From IMG/VR virus record IMGVR_UViG_3300005573_000033, positions 1 through 30,105 of that record: 30,105 bases of DNA; one strand, 5' to 3'. The notes beneath the pieces were generated by a model that was not told the DNA's origin, did not search any database, and saw only the letters and a list, made by a program, of their open reading frames with translations. Position 1 is the stretch's first letter. Each line of letters begins with the position of its first letter. Shown here piece after piece: positions 25,192 to 30,105 of this stretch. Source of the DNA: a virus. Its lineage: Duplodnaviria > Caudoviricetes. The translations under genes were made by a program, and so were the position numbers.

Positions 25192-27158
25192 TACCTTTGC
25201 GGCCTGACGAGCTAATCAGTATCCTACGCCCCGAATTCACAGCGTCGTCCGGTTCGCCCGGTGCGTCGTGTGGTTGGGCACGTGATGATACTGGTATTAT
25301 TGCACCGGTACTGAGTAGTGATGTAGTACGTATTGGGGCGCCTTCCTCCGATCCCGGCGCTGATGTGCGAGTGACGGTTAAGTCTCCGATACTGGAGGGG
25401 TGGGGATTGTGGGGGTATGATTCTAGAGATAATGTCCGATTTATGGTGGGAGATACCGGGGTTGCAGCTATCGGCGGATATTCCTCCCCTGTAGACCCGG
25501 GCATATTGATGGTGTCGGGACAGACGTACTGGTTCGCATTACATGACCACGCTACTGTATATGGCAAAAATGGGTACAACTGCATTTACGGTGAGGTTTT
25601 TGTACCTAAACTACGCATCTCCGGCCACCAGACTGATACGGTGGGCCTGCTGGTACAGCCTACACTAGGGGCAGATAGTGCACAGTCTTTATCGGGAACA
25701 TTTAGCGGCGTGTGTGTCTGTCCCTACACATTTGCTCCGGTGTCTAGTATTGATACTGTGGTAGGTATCCAGGTAGCATCTCCATCGTTTGAGATTGCCC
25801 CAAGTACAGTACGCGGTATCCATGTGCGCAATCAGTCGGTCACTGGAGTCAGTGCTACTCGTGGCATAGAGATTGACGAGCAGGCCGGAGAAGGAGATTG
25901 CGTAGAGCTATGGGTACATGGTACTGGCATATTTGATAGATTAGTACAGGTGAAGAATCCTGAGGCAGCGGGTATTGCGCTAGACCACAATAGTGCGACG
26001 GGAGATTATACGGTATATCTATCTCCGAGTAATCTGACTGATAATCGTCGTTTCATATTCCCGAATGTAGATGGTACAGTGGTGGTAGGTAGTGGTACCC
26101 CTAATTATATCCCGCGTTGGAGCGGTTATTCACTAATAGATTCGAGCATCACCGATACCGGTTCTTATATCGCTATAAACCAGCAAGTAATAGTCAATGG
26201 GGCCGCCAACACTGTACAATTGTACGTCAGAGCGTATACCACGCAGACTGCAGATATTATGCAGATTAGCAATAGCTCTGGAGTATCATTTGTGCGTGTG
26301 ACCAATGCTGGATGTATCGCCATCGGTGCAAATTTTCCGACTACTCCGGCAGCACCGCTAGATATGGTTACGAACAGCAGCTACGAAGCGATTCGCGTTT
26401 TTCGGCACGATAATATCTACCAGTATTTTCGAATCTGGTTTGACATTAGCTCAGGATGGCAATATCAGGCGGTAAATTCCACCATAGCCTTTAGTGGCCG
26501 TCAAGTCAGCTTCACCGTTGCACATGGTGGATATAGTCCCATGTTTGAGTACACCGCTAGCAGCAGTCAATACTACAATGGCGATGGGTGTTGCTGGTGG
26601 CGAGCGTATTACACCTACGCGCCCACATCGGGCAGCTATCTTCATCGCAGCTATGTCCTGGCCGGATACGTGAATCAGAGTGGTGGTACCGCGAATGGGG
26701 ATCACGATCTACTGAGTCTCCATGCTGCTTATACAGCATTCGCGGGAAGTAACCGACGTTTCCTGGTTTGTAAACAGGGACTATACTATCAAGATACTAC
26801 ATGGGTATTCGCCGTCTATTACGACGGAGCGACTATCATTGGTGGTAACGTTCATCCGACAGCACAGCTACAAGTAGTAGGTAACACGGATCGCATACAA
26901 TGCTTAATCAAGGGGTATAATACGCAGACGAGTGATTTAATGCGCATTACTGACAGCAGTGACAGCACCAGGGCACAAGTCACCAGTAGCGGTACTCTGC
27001 GAGCTTGTGGGGTGGAACCGGTAGCCGATGATACATATTATCTCGGTAGCGCATCTATTCCTCTAGCGTGGCGGGGGGTTATATTGCGCGATACAGTGAC
27101 TGGAGATTATTATCGTGTCGAGATGGTGGATGGAACACTTACTGCGACGTTACTGTGA
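25188..27158 (+). CDS. Tail fibre / receptor-binding protein (656 aa)
   Basis: Beta-rich; GSGTPNYIPRW...LIDSSITDTG, IAIGANFPTTPAAPLDMV and PVADDTYYLGSASIPLAWR fibre motifs; last large tail gene. Confidence 0.75.
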   Translation: MIPLRPDELISILRPEFTASSGSPGASCGWARDDTGIIAPVLSSDVVRIGAPSSDPGADVRVTVKSPILEGWGLWGYDSRDNVRFMVGDTGVAAIGGYSSPVDPGILMVSGQTYWFALHDHATVYGKNGYNCIYGEVFVPKLRISGHQTDTVGLLVQPTLGADSAQSLSGTFSGVCVCPYTFAPVSSIDTVVGIQVASPSFEIAPSTVRGIHVRNQSVTGVSATRGIEIDEQAGEGDCVELWVHGTGIFDRLVQVKNPEAAGIALDHNSATGDYTVYLSPSNLTDNRRFIFPNVDGTVVVGSGTPNYIPRWSGYSLIDSSITDTGSYIAINQQVIVNGAANTVQLYVRAYTTQTADIMQISNSSGVSFVRVTNAGCIAIGANFPTTPAAPLDMVTNSSYEAIRVFRHDNIYQYFRIWFDISSGWQYQAVNSTIAFSGRQVSFTVAHGGYSPMFEYTASSSQYYNGDGCCWWRAYYTYAPTSGSYLHRSYVLAGYVNQSGGTANGDHDLLSLHAAYTAFAGSNRRFLVCKQGLYYQDTTWVFAVYYDGATIIGGNVHPTAQLQVVGNTDRIQCLIKGYNTQTSDLMRITDSSDSTRAQVTSSGTLRACGVEPVADDTYYLGSASIPLAWRGVILRDTVTGDYYRVEMVDGTLTATLL

Positions 27159-27167
27159 GGAGGGAAT

Positions 27168-27500
27168 ATGACTCAGTATGTGACCTGTGCATACTCACCG
27201 CGACAAGGCATCGCGGTAAATGCTTGGAGACTCACTAGTATCCGGGCTGAGCATACTGCAACGGGCTGGCGCATAGCTACGCTCTGGCACGGATGGCATA
27301 CTGCTGCTAGTATGGTAGCAGGAGAGGAGCCGTTACCAGGGGCCGTATTGGAGAAAGTATATGAGGTTAATGACAGTATGTCTATCTATGCGGACTGGAC
27401 TCAGTTACTCCACGTATTACACCAGGACTTAGTACAATGGATAGAGGAACAGTGCATTTCAGCAAGAATTGATACACTTAAGAATGGGAGGGAGAAATGA
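27168..27500 (+). CDS. Hypothetical protein, possible fibre accessory
   Basis: GAGGAGG RBS; directly after the fibre gene. Confidence 0.7.
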   Translation: MTQYVTCAYSPRQGIAVNAWRLTSIRAEHTATGWRIATLWHGWHTAASMVAGEEPLPGAVLEKVYEVNDSMSIYADWTQLLHVLHQDLVQWIEEQCISARIDTLKNGREK

Positions 27501-27874
27501 GTATTACTTATGGTGCTATAGTCGCGGCGTGGCAAACGCTACACGATTTAGCTGCGTCCCCCAAGACTGCTGCGCTACCTACCGAGCGTTGGCTGCAGCT
27601 ATATCGTCTGCATCGCGCAGCTCAACCAATAGTAGAGACAGTTACCGAGCGCCAGAATCGGCTAGTGGCATATTACTCGGGTGGTGCCAATAGTATTGAC
27701 CAGAACAATGAGCACTGGGAGGAGTTCCGGCGTGAGCTAGAAGCTCTATATGCTACTCCAGCTGATGTAGCTCCCCTTACTCTCAGCATTTCCGAGCTGC
27801 ATCAACTAGGCTTGACGCCCGCACAAGCATCACTGCTAGTGTATACAGGCTTATTTATCGAGGAGAGAGGATGA
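27497..27874 (+). CDS. Hypothetical helical protein, possible fibre chaperone
   Basis: GGGAGGGAG RBS; ATGA overlap with the upstream gene. Confidence 0.7.
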   Translation: MSITYGAIVAAWQTLHDLAASPKTAALPTERWLQLYRLHRAAQPIVETVTERQNRLVAYYSGGANSIDQNNEHWEEFRRELEALYATPADVAPLTLSISELHQLGLTPAQASLLVYTGLFIEERG

Positions 27875-27878
27875 CAAT

Positions 27879-28220
27879 ATGTTTCCGTTTCCGACTACTA
27901 TTTCCGATTTTGTAATTTGGCTAGGTACCCCTGCTGCCGGCGGTGTGATATTCTCACTACTGCTAGAGCGTATCTCAGCCTGGCGCAATTGGCATAGCCC
28001 CATTAAGTCTCATATTACAGTGGCTATATTTGTCTCGTTACCATTCGTGGCTCAGGGTGCTAATATCGCACTACGCAGCTGTGCTCCTGAGGTAGTACGA
28101 GCAGTGGATGACGTATTGGCGTTGGCAATGTCGGGCCTGTTAGCGTGGGCAGCGTCGCAATATGCTCACGCGGTTGATCCTGTTTGCAATAAGGATACTA
28201 AGCCATGTTGCGAAAAATAG
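27879..28220 (+). CDS. Putative holin (2-3 TM)
   Basis: Small hydrophobic protein immediately upstream of the lytic enzyme; charged C-terminus. Confidence 0.6.
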   Translation: MFPFPTTISDFVIWLGTPAAGGVIFSLLLERISAWRNWHSPIKSHITVAIFVSLPFVAQGANIALRSCAPEVVRAVDDVLALAMSGLLAWAASQYAHAVDPVCNKDTKPCCEK

Positions 28221-29224
28221 GCATACACAGTATTGGTACCAGTTCAGCGGTAGATTATGTCCGTCGTGTTGCCGACGCCGGCGGCTGCGTGCCAGCAGTA
28301 TTGAGTTGTAATAACGGCGGTATCGTTATTGACGTTAAACGTTTCTCTCCCAATACCATCACGCTCTGGCGTATTTGGCGCCGCAGCGACGAATGGGTGG
28401 ACGGCTACGATCTAGACAGACATGAGGACTATCAGCGCGCTGCTGAGACACGCATGGCAGCTATCCTAGCGCATAGTAGCGCAGAGGAGCGCGCTGCGAC
28501 AGATTACTTTGTTACCCAAAATGAGCCCCGGCCTCATACTCCCAACGGATGGTACCGGCTAGGACTACAAGCTGTCACATTCATGGAGCTTGCCGAAGCA
28601 CACAGCATGCATGTAGCATTATTCGGCCTCAACGTTGGCACGCCACCCACTTGGGCCGAGCTGGAGGCGTTCGTGGATAGTGGCTTCGCGGAGCGTGCCG
28701 TTGCCGGGGGCCACTGTATCGCGCTGCATGAGGGCATCGTTGCCGCGCCGGACGTGCCGGAGGACGCCGATTGCCGCTTTGGGGTGGGAATAGACATGGA
28801 GGAGCACGGATACCCACGCGTAGATGGAGCGGGAGTATTCACGCTGCGATACCGGTATCTGCTACACGCTCTGCGTAAGCGTGGTCTCGACCGTCTCCCT
28901 CGCATTGTGTTGTCCGAATTTTATCCCTGCATTAAGGATTTGCGCCGAGTGTCGGCGGAAATGCTAATGAGCTGCTATCGTTGGCTGGACGCACAATTGT
29001 GTGCTGATGATTGTGTTATTGCCGCATTACCATATACCCTCGCTACAGGGGACCAATGGCAGTCCCAGCGACACGAGACTCTATACACAATGCCCGGCGG
29101 GTTATTGGACTCTATGATACCTACACCCGAAACAAACGAGGATAATGGCAGTATCGGCTATACATTTAGGTGTCCCCATTGTGGATCGCCTATCGTTGCT
29201 ATCAGGGGTAGATGTCGTGAGTGA
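28205..29224 (+). CDS. Putative endolysin: clan GH-A-like TIM-barrel glycoside hydrolase with C-terminal CxxC
   Basis: KIGIH, TQNEP (acid/base), IALHEG, LRYRYL, RIVLSEF (nucleophile), AALPYTL; flanked by two membrane proteins; ends FRCPHCGSPI. Confidence 0.65.
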   Translation: MLRKIGIHSIGTSSAVDYVRRVADAGGCVPAVLSCNNGGIVIDVKRFSPNTITLWRIWRRSDEWVDGYDLDRHEDYQRAAETRMAAILAHSSAEERAATDYFVTQNEPRPHTPNGWYRLGLQAVTFMELAEAHSMHVALFGLNVGTPPTWAELEAFVDSGFAERAVAGGHCIALHEGIVAAPDVPEDADCRFGVGIDMEEHGYPRVDGAGVFTLRYRYLLHALRKRGLDRLPRIVLSEFYPCIKDLRRVSAEMLMSCYRWLDAQLCADDCVIAALPYTLATGDQWQSQRHETLYTMPGGLLDSMIPTPETNEDNGSIGYTFRCPHCGSPIVAIRGRCRE

Positions 29225-29459
29225 TGGTGAATATGAAGCAATAAAAATACAGCTAGCCGTGATATGTGAGCGCCTCGATACAGTCATCGCACGACTGGAC
29301 GATCTGTGCCGCCAGCAGTCCAGTGACCACGAGCGCATCACTGCGATGGAATCACACAATATGCGCATGGACGACCATCTCAGCAGCTGGCAAGCAGGAC
29401 AGGCGACGCTAACTTTGCTGGCGGCGGCTATTGCGGCATGGATTGGGACGAGACATTAA
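29217..29459 (+). CDS. XhlA-like coiled-coil protein with C-terminal TM helix (lysis accessory, 80 aa)
   Basis: AGGGG RBS before GTG 29217; LAVICERLDTVIARLDDL...HERITAME coiled coil, then LTLLAAAIAAWIG. Confidence 0.7.
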   Translation: MSDGEYEAIKIQLAVICERLDTVIARLDDLCRQQSSDHERITAMESHNMRMDDHLSSWQAGQATLTLLAAAIAAWIGTRH

Positions 29460-29471
29460 TTATTCTTCAAC

Positions 29472-29501
29472 AAAAAAAAGACTGCCTTGAAGGCAGTCTT
29501 T
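29472..29501. terminator. Bidirectional intrinsic terminator between the convergent late and early operons
   Basis: AAAGACTGCCT-tga-AGGCAGTCTTT stem with an A8 run on the left and TTT on the right. Confidence 0.88.
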
Positions 29502-29528
29502 AGATTTGAAGCTAAATTGTATGCAATG

Positions 29529-29912
29529 TCATAGCAATCTATCTCCAAAATCATAGAGCAACCATCTCCAGGATTCAATGTCCTGGAGACTATATTCCTG
29601 GCCAATATCTGGCCGTGGGGTACCAGGCTTGACGACCGGCGATAACACTAACACAAGCTCAGCGACTAATCCATCTAGTGACGGAAACCCATCGCTAGAT
29701 AATATCAGTGTAGGCCTATCAGTATGAGGGGTAAGGTCAATACCGGCATACTCAGACGCCGCTTTGACAGACGATTGATGGCCCCATACCGAGATCACCA
29801 CATTGTTCCGCAGCAGCTGTCGAGCCCGTTCATCACTTATTGGCATGATGACACATTTTCGCCAGATCAGAGTATTGGGATATGAATTACCCACAAAGAT
29901 TATGTTCTTCAT
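29529..29912 (-). CDS. DUF1874 / STIV B116-like protein; candidate AcrIII-1-type cA4 ring nuclease (anti-type III CRISPR)
   Basis: IFVGNSYPNTL (cf. xLxNAFSxNML), ISVWGHQSSVKAASEYAGIDL (cf. SAIGHxSTAxxxSxLLG, catalytic His), DRPTLIL (cf. NRxxIxL), RPDIGQEYSLQDI (cf. RLxEGxVLxxEEI); 127 aa; GGAGG RBS. Confidence 0.68.
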   Translation of the reverse strand: MKNIIFVGNSYPNTLIWRKCVIMPISDERARQLLRNNVVISVWGHQSSVKAASEYAGIDLTPHTDRPTLILSSDGFPSLDGLVAELVLVLSPVVKPGTPRPDIGQEYSLQDIESWRWLLYDFGDRLL

Positions 29913-30105
29913 TGTACCTCCGACGTGATATAAGATCGTAGTGTCTCAACTAACTCTGCGAAGTTATCGCAGCGCTCTTTGAGCGCTGCCACGAAGTCGG
30001 CCAGCATAGTTATTGCACTGCCCAATTCATCCAGTGAGCAGTGTGTCACCACAAAATACCCAGGTTGCTTCGTGGCGGAGTCAACTGACCATGTTACGAC
30101 GATCC
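29909..30105 (-). CDS. 3' part of the junction-spanning 99-aa hypothetical protein (starts at 224)
   Basis: Open frame ends with TGA at 29911..29909, overlapping the ATG of the DUF1874-like gene (ATGA). Confidence 0.8.
   Translation of the reverse strand, partial: IVVTWSVDSATKQPGYFVVTHCSLDELGSAITMLADFVAALKERCDNFAELVETLRSYITSEVQ
29985..30105 (+). repeat. Terminal direct repeat copy 2
   Basis: Identical to 1..121. Confidence 0.97.

Larger units (their letters stand above)
1..30105. mobile_element. Complete circularly assembled tailed bacteriophage genome (siphovirus-like), 29,984 bp unique
   Basis: Terminal 121-bp exact repeat; ordered terminase-portal-protease-capsid-neck-tail-tape measure-fibre-lysis module; no sheath gene; no host housekeeping genes. 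Confidence 0.95.

Noticed and set aside
25188-27158. Diversity-generating retroelement or invertible fibre cassette
   Set aside because: No reverse transcriptase, invertase or near-identical template/variable repeat pair seen.
6743-29368. Numerous minus-strand and alternate-frame ORFs over the virion module (e.g. 10571..11347, 12386..12838, 18634..19116)
   Set aside because: They overlap well-supported plus-strand genes, lack RBSs and motifs, and are expected in GC-rich coding DNA.
29956-30076. Cluster of short inverted repeats (CTGCGA/TCGCAG, GCAGCGCTC/GAGCGCTGC, GCCACGAAG/CTTCGTGGC) as an origin or structured RNA
   Set aside because: Stems are 6-9 bp, lie within a CDS and have no supporting context; compatible with chance.
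29985-30105. 121-bp repeat as a biological terminal repeat (T7-like DTR) or att site
   Set aside because: It lies inside a coding gene and its length matches a typical assembler k-mer overlap; no integrase is present.
1-30105. Stop-codon reassignment or tRNA genes
   Set aside because: All core genes are full length under the standard code and end in TAA, TAG or TGA; no cloverleaf-like sequence noticed in the few intergenic gaps.

Overview
This window is an apparently complete circular genome of a small tailed phage (siphovirus-like Caudoviricetes), 29,984 bp once a 121-bp terminal overlap (1..121 = 29985..30105) is removed. A 99-aa gene reads cleanly across that junction. The rightward arm (6591..29459) is GC-rich and runs terS, terL, portal fused to a MuF-like domain, ChaB-protease-scaffold, Cys-rich major capsid, tandem GT2 glycosyltransferase fused to a small 'MCCG' protein, DUF1360-like CxxC membrane protein, adaptor, gp10-like protein, tail tube with BNR propeller, tail chaperones, tape measure, tail tip proteins, fibre, and a lysis cassette whose enzyme looks like a clan GH-A glycoside hydrolase. 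The leftward arm (29912 through the junction to 6173) is more AT-rich and holds small early/accessory genes. These include a DUF1874/AcrIII-1-like ring nuclease, two ankyrin-like paralogues, a beta-clamp-like fragment, a 4-TM protein with a candidate -1 frameshift extension, and two decayed genes. I recognised no integrase, repressor, polymerase, helicase, primase, tRNA or CRISPR array. The best candidates for new biology are (i) a head-module cassette that may form virion disulfides and/or glycosylate the virion, (ii) non-canonical lysis, (iii) two programmed frameshifts, and (iv) an anti-defence island. All family assignments come from motif recognition by eye, not database searches. A Chloroflexota-like host is only a tentative guess.
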